Below, one piece after another: positions 40,844 through 54,819 of a stretch of DNA of 64,000 bases (its first letter is position 1; every line of letters begins with the position of its first letter). The DNA is from the human T2T-CHM13v2.0 reference genome, Homo sapiens, in assembly GCF_009914755.1 (NCBI RefSeq), contig NC_060933.1. The stretch is one strand, 5' to 3'. Made by a program: the position numbers and the translations under genes. The notes under the pieces were generated by a model. That model did no database searches, had not been told where the DNA came from, and saw nothing but the letters and a program-made list of their open reading frames with translations.

Positions 40844-40934
40844 AGAGTTTTCAGACAGCTGTCCTATGCATTCTGTCCAGGATGTATAACTTCCATCCTA
40901 GACAGAATGCATAGGACAGCTATTTGAAAACTCT
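40844..40934. repeat. Inverted repeat: 41-bp arms, 3 mismatches, 9-nt loop
   Basis: 40844-40884 is the reverse complement of 40894-40934 at 38 of 41 positions. Confidence 0.95.
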
Positions 40935-42006
40935 GAAAAATAAATGGTCACAGGTTAATTGAGGAAGGAAAGCGAGGTTAAAAACATCACCAAACCGAGG
41001 GGTATTTTTTATCATTTTCTTTTCTTCCAAGATAACATGATCTGGACTCAGAGACAGACAGAATGCCAATAGTATGGATTGGATGTGGGCAGATGAGCTC
41101 CATGATAAGCCCTCTCTTTATTGTCTAAGGAGTGGGAGAGGGGACACCTAATGGTCAGAGAGTGAAAAAATCCTTCAGGGTTTTTTTGCCTTTGTTCCTT
41201 TCTCTTCTGCCTCCCAACCCTACTCTCAGGCAATACCATAGCTGCTGTAGCAGCATGACAACAGCAAGGGTAGCCAGGCATGTCCCTAAAACTTTAAGGG
41301 AGGATAAATTTTTCCTGCAACTGGAGACTTAAGATCTCAAGAATATGGGACAAGGCCCTGTTGTTCATTTTTCTCTCTTGGTCCTCTAATTGCTTGACCC
41401 AGAGTACAGACAGTCACAGCAATTGTATGGAAGAATGAGAAAAATAAAACCCAAAACTTCTGGTGAGAAAACAGGGAAAGAAGGTTCCCGGAAACAGGAA
41501 ACTGTCAGATAGGTCACAGAGAGAAGGGAGATTGAGAGAGTGATCCCATAATACCACATATAAAATATGGTCTCACCCCTGAGTTTGAGAACTGAGCTAC
41601 AAGGTACAATGCTGCTCCAGACTGTCAACTAGCCGGTGGTCCAAGAGCAGGACTTATCCCAAGAACACTGCAAACACTTGAAAACCGAACTTCAAAACAA
41701 CTGTTATAAATATGCTTCAAGGTGTAAAGGCAAATACTATTGAAATGAATAGAAAGTTAGAAAATAACAGGAAAAAATAGAAAATATAATAAAAAAATGA
41801 AAATTTTAAAGTTGAAAAATAATATCAAAATTAAAAATTTACTGGACAGGCTCAACAGCAGCAGATGAAGATGGCAGAGGAAAGAGTCAATACATGTGAA
41901 GATAGAAATTAACCAATTGTGCAAAAGAAAGAGAAAAGATTTAAAGAGAGAGCTAAACAGATTCTTAGATATCTATGTGGAAATACCAAGAGATTTAACA
42001 TTCATG

Positions 42007-42228
42007 TCAAGCTGTGTTGCCTCCAAGTTCTCCCATCTATCTATGTAGCTATATAAGATTGAAAAAATATATAAGGCTGTATAACCTTTAATTTTGCAAT
42101 GTTTTTGATGCAAAGTATTTTGATAGAACTGTCAAAATATTTTTAGACAATGAGATTCACATTCCCCTTGCTTCTCTTGAGGCTGTCAGAAACCTAAAAA
42201 TAAGACTTAAATGTAAGAAACAAGCCAG
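42007..42228 (+). repeat. Local direct duplication 2, copy B (inside L1 ORF1)
   Basis: Aligns to 40145-40444 once the Alu fragment is removed. Confidence 0.9.
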
Positions 42229-42338
42229 GGCAAAGGAGAGGAGAAGGAGTGCAACAGCAGAGGAGAAAGAATGCAATGTAGAAAATTAAAATTTGAAGAA
42301 CTAGTAACTGAACTCCCCCCCAAAAAATTTGTCAAAAG

Positions 42339-42733
42339 TGTCAAATAAAAGCAAGCTGGACTTACAAAAGGAGAGGCTTTAATTAGAAAGTAAGACTAGT
42401 TCAATAGGAAGAACACTCCAAGCTCAAAAATCTGTGATATCTCAAAATCCTGTGGGGAAAAAATTCTTCTTTCATAGGTAAAGGAGTATGTGGGTAGAGA
42501 TAAGCAGCATCTTTGCAGGGAAAGTTGAGTCTGACAGGAGAAGAGTCTCACTGTAGTCAGCTGATTCCCAAGAGAAACTAATGGGGCGGGGGTGTCACAC
42601 CACACTTTTTTGTGCTTGCTCAGGCTTGAGTGCAAGAAGAGTTCCTGGGCCTGTAGGAAAGAAAAAAGCCTTACTAAAGCTTGGTCAAGACAATGCATAG
42701 GTTAAGAAATGAGCAATAGTGAGCACTTGGCTA
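42339..42733 (-). mobile_element. MER67-like ERV1 solo LTR
   Basis: TGTCAAATAAAAGCAAGCTGGAC...CTAAAGCTTGGTCAAG; possible 4-bp TSD AAAG. Confidence 0.55.
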
Positions 42734-43428
42734 AAAGACACACAAGGAATTCAGCTCAGCAAATTTGAAATACTTCCATTTCAGACACATTATGTTCAAA
42801 CTGCTGGAAACTAAAGACAAGAAAAAACTTGAATGCAGACAGAAAAGCAATACATTGGCTATGGTTAAATATATGACATTGTGGAAAAGACAAAATTATA
42901 CTGACAGAAAATAAATCAGTGGCCGCCAGGGGTTAGAAGTGAGGGGAAGATATGACCCCAAAGGAGTAATATGACTGACTATTTTGGCATCATGGGACTA
43001 TTCTGTATCTTAGTTATGAAGGGGGTTGCACAAGTTGATACACACATTAGAAACAAAAGTCCATTTTATTGGATGTCAGTTGCAAAAGTAAAATAAACAA
43101 TTTAAAAATAAGGTACTTGAAAGATATTTAAATTCATTAGTCATTAGGGAATTGCAAATTAAAACCACAGTAAGATACCACTATATACACAGAAAATGGG
43201 TAAAACTTAAAAAACTAATAATGCTAGGTTTTGGTAAAGATGTGAAACAACTGGAACTCTTGTACACTACTTACTGGTGGGAGTTTCAATTGTAACAATT
43301 ACTTTGGGGAAACTCTCCAAAGTTATCTAGAAATATTGAAAATACACACATCTGAAGACCCTGTCATTCCACCTTTACATATGTACCCCACAGAAATGGA
43401 GCACATAAGGTCCAAAAGACACATTCAA

Positions 43429-43429
<1 letters not shown>

Positions 43430-43474
<45 letters not shown>
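43430..43474. repeat. (TA)22 microsatellite
   Basis: Perfect TA run. Confidence 0.98.
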
Positions 43475-43477
<3 letters not shown>

Positions 43478-43865
43478 TCATCCTTAATAGTTCTGAGGTG
43501 GAAACAGCACAAATGGACATCAGCATTAGAATGAATAGCTATCTTGTCATATGTGTTTACTATGAACGACTCTACAGCAATAAAAACTAATGCCCTTACA
43601 GCATTCACTGCACAGCTGCCTGGATGAATCTTGAGTAAAAGCAACCAATTTCTTCAAAAAAAAAAAAAAAGAAGAAGAAGAATGCACATGATTTGATTCC
43701 ACTTATATGAAGTCCAAACACAAGCAAAAGTAAACTCTCAAGCTTAGCAGTACTTAGATGAAATATCTAAAAATAAAAGCACAAAAGTGACTGATACAAA
43801 AGAGAGGACAGTGGTTATCTTTGAAGGCAGAAAGAAGGGTGTGTGACTAACAATGCCAGTGCTGA

Positions 43866-44226
<361 letters not shown>

Positions 44227-44635
44227 CTAGGTTGAAGTAACAAGGTTATTAATTTTATTAAAATGCTCTTTATGGATTATGCATTTTTCTATTAGTGTGT
44301 GATTTTAAAATTTTAAAAATGTATACTTTAAAAGGAAAGGAAAAAAAGCAAAAAGCCATGGCTGTATTCAAGAAAAGACTAATAAATTCTAGTAATGAAA
44401 GTTAAACAATAAATCTGGGCATAAGTTAACTAGAAATAGGCACAAAGTGTATCATCAAATGAAACTAAATCCTCCCACTTAGGAGGTAAGTCCTTCTAAA
44501 ATTCATTAATTGACTCCTGAAACAGAGGAGCAAGCATGTCATCATGGGACCACACTAAGTCTGGCCATCCTTAAGTCAGATGATGGCATCTATTCACATG
44601 TATGCTCTACAGCCAGGGTGGAGGCCGGGGGCAGA

Positions 44636-44935
44636 CGGATAGACAGGTAGATAGATAATGAATAGATTAGATAGATAGATACATGGATACATAGATAGAT
44701 AGAGAGATAATAGATAATGGATAGATGAAATGGATGATGAATAAATAAATAATGGATAGATTAGATAAATGAATAGATAGATAATGGATAGATTAAATGG
44801 ATGTATAGAGAATAGATTAGTTCGATAATAGATGACAGATAGATAGATAGATAGATAGATAATGGATAGGTAGGTAGGTAGATAGATGATAGATTTGATA
44901 GACATAGATAAACAATAGATGGGTAGGTAGATAGA
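44636..44935 (+). repeat. Degenerate (GATA)n compound microsatellite
   Basis: GATA/GGTA/GATAAT units over about 300 bp. Confidence 0.95.
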
Positions 44936-45761
44936 CTCTCATACACATACACATTGAGAGATAGTTCAAAACCCAGCCACAGCCAAGATTCATGAATTAG
45001 AAAAGAATGCCTTATTTCCTATAGCTGAGATAATTACACAGCAACTTAATACTATTCAAACATAAATTGTGCTATGAAGGATTCAGGCAAAATACAAGGA
45101 AAATGCCCCAGTAGGGAACTCTATAAGACACTCTGAGTTTTTGTGTGCCTGCAAGGAATTGTATATTATTGAGTTCTCTATTTGATCTTAAGAACTGACC
45201 ATGTTCCTCTTGAGGGCTGGAACTAGATAAGGTGTTCTCCTGAGGATTTACCTGGTGTTGGATCCTCTCCTAGGGTCTATGATGAAGACTGGACTATATA
45301 AGCATGTTAGTTCCACAAGAAGGCTCGAATGATTTTGAAGGCAGTTTCTTTTAAAACTCCCCATCTTCTCACCCTAGAGCAGTCGTAGGAACAGAGAGTT
45401 TTTTCTGGAATTTTTCAGAATAGAAGGGGAATTTAGTTTTCAACATACACACATTAGGAGCAGTATCTCCTTATGGGAAAATTATCAACCATGTGATTTC
45501 TGTTGTGAAAGGAAATGAAAGCACAAGAGAACGGTGCTGGTGGGTGAGGAGAAGGTTTCATGTCTGCAGCTGGGGCCAGGCAGCAGCTCAGCATTTCTGG
45601 GCCTAGCTCAGGCTGGAGGTCAGCTCAGCCTGAAGATGTTCTCAGCCACAGCCCCTGTGGCAGCTCCACAAAGCCACTCTTTCAAGCATTGCTGTGGGCT
45701 GAATTAGGCACCCTGTGAGGTTTGTCATCTTATTAGTGAGTTTTGTTGCCTGGACTTCTAG

Positions 45762-45811
45762 TTCTATGCCTGGTACTATTCAGTATGGCAGCAAGGATTG
45801 ATCTCACACAG
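45762..45811 (+). other. Candidate 50-nt non-coding exon (unverified)
   Basis: Consensus donor CAG|GTAAGT at 45809-45817; modest acceptor TTTTGTTGCCTGGACTTCTAG|. Confidence 0.2.
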
Positions 45812-46050
45812 GTAAGTGAAGAGCTTGGGATTAAGCCTAAGGACACCCACCTAAGATGGGAGAAGCCAAGTCCCAGGTGCCTAGAGGGTTACAAAATTTC
45901 TGCATTGTGAATTACCATCCCCTTGGATGAAGGATTTTAATGATAAAAGTAAGTCTTCAAAGCTTAATGCTAGTCTTGGATGTCCTGAATATATCTGCTA
46001 TTGGAAACAATTCATGTTTTGGGGGAGGAGAACTTCTATTGTTTCCCTGG

Positions 46051-46504
46051 TCTATTAGTTTTCTATGATTGTTGCAACAAACAAAATCAGTGGCTTTGAA
46101 CAACCAAATCTGTTCTCCTACAGACCTGTAAACCAGAAGTCTCACTGTACTAAAATAAAAAAATGTTCTCATGGCTGGCTCATCTCATTCTATGGGAGAA
46201 TGGTTTCCTTGCCTTTTCCAGCCCCTGGAAGCCATTTGTATTCCTCTGCTGGTGGCCCATTCTTTGCCTCACCCCAACCTCTTGCTTATCTCTTACTTCT
46301 GTAGGCAAAGCTCCCTTTGCCTCTCTCTGATAAGGACACTCTTGATTACATTTAGGTTCCACCAGGATAATCTCCCCAGCATATTTTCAAAATCCTTAAT
46401 TTCATCGCATCTGCAAATTTCTTTTTACCATGTAAGGTAAGGTTCATAGGTTCCAGGGATTAGGACCTGGGCATCTTTAGGGGCTTATTATTCAGCTTAC
46501 CACA
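46051..46504 (-). mobile_element. MLT1C-like MaLR LTR
   Basis: TCTATTAGTTTTCTATG...GGTTCCAGGGATTAGGACCTGGGCATCTTTAGGGG...TACCACA. Confidence 0.8.
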
Positions 46505-46721
46505 CTTGATTTAACAGCCCACAGAGGGTGCACCTGGTCTGGGCCCCCACACAACGTGGGCTTCCTCCCCTTCCCTGCTCATGGAGTTGACCAGACAACT
46601 CTTGACAATAAACAGATAAATATATATATGGATTTATACATGCATACCTGTAAACTATATAGTGATTTGTGTTTATAAATTGGGAAAAGAGAATTTTATT
46701 TTTTCAGAAATGTAGGTCTTA

Positions 46722-47313
<592 letters not shown>

Positions 47314-48912
47314 TTATTGGTATTTTGAAGAAATAAAGACAATGTGACTTGCTGGAGCCCTTATCACTGTTGCTCTCTAAGTCAGGGGCCTGTTTATTTC
47401 ACCTCCTTGTTCAACACACCCCTTGATTAGAGAAATGGCATGTCCCTTGAGAAAGTGATGGAGATGGTGCCTTTGACTTCCATTTGTCCCAGTCCGATGC
47501 TGAATCCTAATTGCAATAATAAGTTGTTGTGTTTCTTTCCTTGTAATGAAGCTCCTGCCTATCTGTGGTCATGAATAGCTTTGCACTGTGCTGGCAACAA
47601 ATGCTAGCAGTTACTGTTCAAGTAGATGAGTTGCTTACCTCTTCTTTCTAGTAACCCACTTCCTCCAGAGCTAAGGTCTGGCTTTCCAGACATGTAAATT
47701 CTCTCTCTGAAATCCAGACCATACACACAGATTTCCATTACCTGCTGATTATGTCTCCCTCACTTTTCCCACGCCAGGGACTGCCGCAACCACTTGCTTT
47801 GTCTCTGAAACCAAGTTCAACTTCTAGGTTCTAGAAATCTCCTAACTGGCCCACCCTGTTCCAGCCTGAGCCCCACTTTGTTTTGTACACACGGCAGGTT
47901 ATCAACCAATATCAACTAAGGCTTTTTTCTTCCTTCAACATTGGGTTCTCCATATTTGATGAATGACTGAAATACAAGCCCTGTGCTTTGGGCACTGAGG
48001 CATTCTGCCCTCAAGGAGGAAAGGACAGTGTCTGGAATGGACTCTGTGTGGCATCAAGCATAGGCCATGGTGGCAGGACGGAGAGCTGAGGCAAAGAAAC
48101 ACAATGCTGAAGGAAGTGAATGTGGGGCCTGCTGGCATAAGCACGTGGTTCACCAGAACTTTGTTTTCCACTTGAACCACTAAGAGTATTTGATAAATGC
48201 CAGTGGAGGATGACCCTCTCCTCTGGTCACATAGGCTGCTCACAGTCGCTGAGGAACACATTAAACATGAACTATTGTGTAAGAAATGTTAACTTCTATA
48301 TTTTCTTTCATTATTTTCCCACGAGTGTTGAAAAATTGAACTCTTATTATGAGAGAGCATGGCAGGAGGCCAGGGTTGACGTCCATCACTTTGTGCCTTC
48401 ATTCCCTAAGTGCACCAGGAGGCATTGTTATTTCTCTTCTTTTGTCATGGAGGTGTAAGGGTTATGGTAATATTTGTCAATTCACTGTGAAATGTGAACT
48501 GCAACACAAATGAGCCACCATCAAACTAAAGGAGAGTATGGAGAGATTTCCCAGGCGTGGCCATGGCCCAGTGAACACAGCGTGGCTGGAACTCAAGGCC
48601 GGAGTTTCCTTGGGAGTTTGTCAAACAATGAAGTACAAACTCATTGGACAGTCATTTGTCAACTTTCATGACAGTTCAATATCCACACATACTTTGACCA
48701 AGTAGTTCCACTCCCGGGAATTTAACCAACAGAAATATTTGTTCAACCGTGCAATAATAAATGTACAAAGATGTTTGCTTTGTTACAGGGAAAACTTTTA
48801 AATATATGACCATAAGTAAATCACTAAATAAATACAGTACTCTTAATTCTTACTATCTGCAATAGTTGTGTTCTATAAAATTTCCATGGACACCAAGTTA
48901 GCAAATTCTGAA

Positions 48913-49000
48913 CCAACACAGAAACATCCAAAATAGTGTTTGATCAAAATGTCTGGGCACGGCTCCCCAGCCAAGTTGACACATAAAATTAATCATCACA
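48913..49000 (-). mobile_element. MLT2B (ERVL) LTR 5' fragment
   Basis: CCAAGTTGACACATAAAATTAATCATCACA. Confidence 0.7.
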
Positions 49001-49159
49001 CATGGGAACTAGGATTGAGTGGAAGAAAATTTTAACATTTGAACATATATAGCTCTAGACACTCAAACTAAAGCAACATCAACAAAAGTAAACAACCACT
49101 GAGACCACCCATTCGAGGGCAGAGCATCAAAGCAGGCTGCTTCTGAGACTTCACCATTG

Positions 49160-49900
49160 GCACCTCACCATCTCCGTGTCCAAAACTGATCTCAGAGTGT
49201 GTCACCCACCCAATCTCTGAACTCCAGCTTCTTCCTCACTGCCACACCCTCCACATCACCAGTCATTCACTAAATCCTGTAAATCATTCTTCCAAGGGCT
49301 TCTTGAAGCTATCTCTTCCTTTTCTATCTATTGTGCTAATCCAGACCCTTGCCCAGATCTCTAAATCCAGTCTTGCCCAGCCTAAAATCTAATCCTCTTT
49401 CCCTAAAGAGTAACCAATCTAAAATTCAACTCTCAATCTTGCTGAAAATCCATTAATAGCTAAAGTCCATACTGTGTCAACTAAGGCTCTATTATAGGTC
49501 CTGGCTTCTGATGGTGTATTTGCCCCATAGTCTCACTGCCTTACGTGTCTATGAAAATAGACAGTGTGTTTCCATGAATTATTGCCATGTTTCATGTCTC
49601 TAGAAGATGGATGATGTAGGTCCTTCTTTCTGGAACACCTATCCTAAAGCCAATGTCACATCTGGCTGAACTTCAGCTAGACTCAGGTATCAGCCCTTAG
49701 AACACTCACCATCCAACCTCCACAACTTCCCTCTGCACTTCTGGAAGCTTGTACTTGGCCTAACAAACCCTTCTACCTGGTAAAGCAGCCACCATCTTCA
49801 CCCACCATCCACTGTGTCTAGAGAGGGGCAAAAAGAGCACGAGTCTTGGACATAGGCCTTAGCACGTACTGGGTAACCTATAACTATTCACTGAATTAAG
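49160..49900 (+). mobile_element. L2 remnants
   Basis: TGTCCAAAACTGATCTC, CACTAAATCCTGT, TCTTTCTGGAACAC motifs. Confidence 0.45.
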
Positions 49901-51254
49901 CATTCCTTTATACTTCCTTTTTTCTAAAATTAAAAATGAATATATTTTTTACCATGAAAAAATTTAACATTGCTAACATAAAACCCAATCCGTTTGAGAA
50001 ACTTTTTTTCAGCCGTATGAATTAAAAGGAGATGTTTTCACAGGAATCAGGAAAAAATAATTTGGTGAAATAAAATCCTAATGTCAAATTGCTTAACCTT
50101 TCTGTGGGTCTCTACATTTCTTTCCTACGGTCATTGTATTGTTTTACTGCTACAATGAACATGATCTATGCACAACATTGTGAGTCATGCTGAGTACACA
50201 GGGGTCCAGGTATTCAGGGACACTTCATCAATGCTACAGGAAGGAGATACAGGAAGCACTGTTAAGGCTAAATGCACTGAAAGCATAGGTAAAGCAAACC
50301 CATCTTCTCTCCTTGAGTAAATGTGGATAGCAGATAAAAATGATGTTTCTAGCACATCATTTTTGCCATCTTGGTCCATTATGAACTGGTTCACAGTGAA
50401 GCTGCCTCGTGAGTTAAAGACGGTTTGCCATCTTCAACACAGATAGAGTTGCCTAATACTCTAAGGGAATGGAAAATTTTTATGAATTCATGAAGAAGAT
50501 TGGGGAAAGGAGTTCAATTTATTGAAAGTCTGCTATGTGCCAGGGGCAATTCTAGATTGATTCAGAGAGGTTAATTAACTTTCCCAAGGTCGTGAGACTA
50601 TTAATCAGCAAAGATGGGACTGTTTGCCTAGCTGATTGTGGTACTAAAATTGTTTTAGGCATAGTTCAGTAAAGGCTTCTTTTAGAATCTCTCCATACCT
50701 TTCCATTGTTGGTTACTCTAATGAGTAAACCACATTTTCCAAATAAACATTGACAGATAGAGCAACTAACTATTTTATCATGCTTGAGATCGTCAATTTA
50801 ATGTTCCTAAACCTTCACAATAATTATGTCACATTATTTTCCCAACTACCTCTAATGCCTTTCCATTTTCACAGAAAAAAAGCCTGGGTTCTGTAAAATT
50901 ACTCCAATCAAATGTTCCAGCTTTCCCTTTACAGCACAAATTCTCTACTGCAGGCTGCTCGTCTTTGCATCACCCTAATCTTAATAAAGGTAATTGACTT
51001 TACCTCTTTCTCATGACAGGAATTTAGAAGTTCCAATACCAATTTCAGCACAGTTTTCAAACATATGATTTCCACAGAGATCTCATTTTTATTTTTTAAA
51101 CCTTCGGTGACACAAATAAGCTTATAATGTGGAATAATAATTGCTAAAAAAATCATCTAGATATTAAAGATATCCTGTTGGAAGTCACACATCTTTATGG
51201 ATGATATTGTATGATTGAGTGTCCTTTTGCTTTTTTAATGTGTCTACTTGTGAA

Positions 51255-51337
51255 TGTATGTATATATATATATGTATATATATGTATATATACAGAGAGA
51301 GAAAAAGAGAGAGAGAGAGATGGAAAGAGAGAGAAAG
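51255..51337 (+). repeat. (TA)n/(GA)n compound simple repeat
   Basis: TATATATG... followed by AGAGAG... Confidence 0.85.
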
Positions 51338-52789
51338 AGCTACTGTACATCCATTTGGCAATAAAACTAGATGGAATAGAAATAAATTCTAAAAATTGTC
51401 ACATCCATTTACTTTGCTGGGCAGAATGCAGTGCAGGGCCTGGATAGATTGTGGGTATCTATTTGGTTCTAGCAAAAGGTTGTCATATATTGCAGAGAAT
51501 ATTTTATTTTTTAAGTAATTTAGAGTCATTTTATTAGTTAACATGAATAATAGCACCATGAAAATAATTTCTTGTTACAGAGTTTTCTTATGAGATTTTC
51601 AGTTTTATTTCATTCTACTCTGGCAACAATTGCAGTATTTTGACAGAGGAGTGATAAAAAGCTGGCAAGATGACAGAGTAAGTTAGTTTATTTCCTCCGG
51701 ATGCACTGAATGCTGCAAGTTTCTCACTTCAAGATTTTAGCTAAGTTTGTTCAGTGTGGTTGAAACTCCTATCTCTCCCCATCTAATTTTGGATTCAGGA
51801 ACAGCCTAGATCAACATCAGAAGAGAGAGATGGGGGTGGCAAAGATGAAACTGCGGACTCTTTCATCACTTTGATAGTTTTCAGGGAAAATTTTTTAAAT
51901 GTAATGAATTTGAACATGCTCTGCTGCATTGTGGTTATAAATCCCACCTAGGGGAGTGTGGCCATCCTGACCAGGCAGGAAGAGGAAAGGAGGAATGGCT
52001 GTGAAATCCAAAGGGGAAGTGTGCAGATAGTTGTGATGGGTTGCACACGACTCTGAAAGGAAAGAGCATAGGAAAACCATGGATGTGCATGGGGTCCCAG
52101 TTCCCCTAACTGGGCATGGTCCGGGGGTGGGCTGTGGGAGGGCCCTGCTTAAGGAACTGTGAGTGAAGAGGGTGGCTGGGGGTCAGGGGGCTGCCCTTGC
52201 CCACAGGAGACTGGCTGGAGCTGGAAGGAAGGCTCCTGGAATGGAAACCTCAGCTAGCCTAGGTGAGCTGGTGTTCTCCACCATTTCACAGTGAGTGAAC
52301 CTGCAGGTGGTGGCAGGGTAGGCCCCTCCGCCAACCCTGTGCATGTCAGCGCTAGCCAGAAGACCACTTCCCTGCCACCTCCCCTACAGTGCTGCACACA
52401 GGTGGGATCTCTGCCCACCAAGACCTGGCCTGCATCCCACCAGGATCCCTCCCCTATGGCCCTGCCCTGCTGAACATGTCCTTTAGTTGGGAGGTCCACA
52501 AGGCAGAGGAGATGAACACTGGGTAATGGAGTGAAAGCATGGAAGTATATTTCTCTCAGAGAGCGTTTTAGTGAAACTAAAAGAAAGCACTCAAATAGAG
52601 AATCAGGATGGAGAGCTATTAAGATGAGAGGTGACGCCTCACCAAGAGCCCTAAGTGTTGAGAAATAGGACTGAGAAATGCTAAGGTAAAGCTGAACTCA
52701 GGTTTCACTGCTAGAGCTCGGGCATGGACTTCAGGGAGGTGGTCAGAGGCCCCACCCAGAGCAGGGATGGGCGGAGCTGTTCATCCAGC

Positions 52790-53272
52790 ATATCTTCTCT
52801 ATTGATACTGTAACATGTTACCACAAACTTAGTGCTTAAAACCACACACATTTATTATTTTACACTTTTGTAGATTAGGTGTCTGACAAGGCTCCCACTG
52901 GGCTAAAATCAAGGTTCAACAGGTCTTCGTACTTTCCCACGGCTCTAGGGGAGAATCCATTTCCTGCAGCCAGAGGCCCCAGCATTCCTTGGCTCATGGC
53001 CTGGTCCTTTGTCGTCAAAGGCAGCAATGTTGCATCTCCTGCACTGTTCTTTCATAGTCACATCTCTTTCTGACCACAGCCAGGAAATGTTCTCCTCTTT
53101 TAAGGACACATAATTGGATTGGGCCTACTTGGATAAGCCAGGATCCTCTCCCCATCTCCAGGCTCCTACCTTAATCACATCCCCAAAGTCCTTTACCATG
53201 CAAGGTCACATATTCACAGCTTCCAGACATGATGATACGGACATCTTTAGGGCCCATTATCTGCCTATCGCA
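52790..53272 (-). mobile_element. MLT1D/E-like MaLR LTR
   Basis: TTACCACAAACTTAGTGCTTAAAAC...CTGGGCTAAAATCAAGG...GGACATCTTTAGGGCCCATTATCTGCCTA. Confidence 0.8.
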
Positions 53273-53358
53273 CTTCCCAAATGAGTAAGAATTCAAATTG
53301 TTAGGAATATGATTTTGGTAAAAATCTAAAAGAAATTGCATCAAAAATGTCTTTCCTA

Positions 53359-53566
53359 GCAAAGGCATAAGAATGATATAAAGGACTTTAGGGACTCAGG
53401 GGAAAGGGTGGGAAGTGGGTGAGGGGTAAAAGACTACACACTGGGTACAGGTCACACTGCTCACATGACGGGTGCACCAAAATCTCAGAAATCACAGTAA
53501 AGAACTTATCCATGCAACCAAACACCACCTGTTCCCCCAAAACTATTGAAATAAAAATAAAATAAA
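53359..53566 (+). mobile_element. L1PB 3'UTR end
   Basis: GCAAAGGCATAAGAATGATA...GGGTGCACCAAAATCTCAGAAATCAC...CCCCAAAACTATTGAAATAAAAATAAA. Confidence 0.85.
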
Positions 53567-54347
53567 GTAGTGGTGGGTCTTTTCTTAAAAAAAAAACTCT
53601 TCCTGATATGGCTCTGCTTTTTTAGAGGGTCGAAAGGGACCAGGAGAAAGAATCTCAATGTGTCTCCAGAAACAGAATAAGGGCTGCAAGTGTCCACCCC
53701 CGTCTCTGCACGTGTCCACCCCAGGATGTTCAGTGCGTCCTCTCTTGCCACGTTGTCTCCATGCTTGGCTTGTGGTTGGGCCTCCAGCATGCTTATCTTT
53801 TCTTTTCATTGAGGATAAGACGACATCTGCATTTGGATATGGAGACATTTTCTACTTAGAAGAACAGGAAAGGGTGCGAGTTGTCACACGAGCCTCTTCA
53901 CGGGCAAATGTGCACCCAACTCCTCAGTGTTGATGGCAGAAAATAACCAGCAAATAGGGACACAGCCTCAGAGGCTCTGTGTCATCACATCCATTTTCCT
54001 CAATTTGATGCCAAGTGCTGGCTTCAAGAAACTATCTTGTATCATGTGATCTGTCTCACTTGAATGTTAGATTCAACTCTCGACAGGTGGCATTCATGAC
54101 AACAGCTATTTATTGATCTTACATACGCTGCGGTCAGGGTACTAGGAGTTCATGGGTTGATTTATTTACATCTTTGTGCAGCATGTTTTACACAGGTTCC
54201 ACAAACATTTCATTAGGTCCTTTTGATCTGTCGAAAGAAGTGTAACAAATATAAATGTCATCTCTATTTTGCATATGAAAAACTGGAGGCTAACTGAAAA
54301 TAAGGGTCACTCAGGGTTACAGTGTATCAGGCATAAAATGCACATCT

Positions 54348-54815
54348 TGTAGTGCTGAATCCCAAGCAAAGTAATGGTCTCCAAAGGTGTCCTCATCCTA
54401 ATTTTTAGCACCTGGTAATATGTTAGTTTACATGGTAGAAGAATATTTTGCAGATCAAGATAAGAACCTTGAGGTTGGGAGAGTATTAATGTCATCACAG
54501 ACATACTTATAGGAGAGAAGTAAGAGGGTCAGAGTGGCTGGAGAAGGACACGTGGCAATAGAATTGGAGACACAGTAGTGATGGGGCACCATGAGCCAAG
54601 GCACATGGACACCCTGTAGAAGCAGGGAAAGGCAAGGAAATGGATCGTCTCCTATGGCTTCCAGAAGGAACCCAATATTGCTAACATGTTGATGTTAGCC
54701 TAGTGAAACCCATTTTGGACTTCCTCCTCCAGAGCTGCAAGAGAATAAATGTGTCTTGTTTTTAAGCCACTAATGTTGTGGTAATTTTTTACAGTAGTAA
54801 TAGGAAATGAACACA
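54348..54815 (+). mobile_element. MLT1D-like MaLR LTR
   Basis: AATGGTCTCCAAAGGTGTCC...GGAAAGGCAAGGAAATGGAT...TTTAAGCCACTAA...AATAGGAAATGAACACA. Confidence 0.8.
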
Positions 54816-54819
54816 TCCG

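Larger units (their letters stand above)
40790..42850 (+). mobile_element. Old L1M 5'UTR/ORF1 region, interrupted by duplication 2B and an LTR
   Basis: ORF1-like AAAATTTTAAAGTTGAAAAAT...GGCTCAACAGCAG...TTTGAAGAACTAGTAACTGAA...CAAACTGCTGGAAACTAAAGACAAG. Confidence 0.65.

Noticed and set aside
53399-53426. G-quadruplex motif
   Set aside because: The ordinary G-rich tract of the L1 3'UTR
52790-54815. Two MLT1D-like LTRs about 1 kb apart as a possible provirus
   Set aside because: Opposite orientations and no internal MaLR sequence; independent solo LTRs
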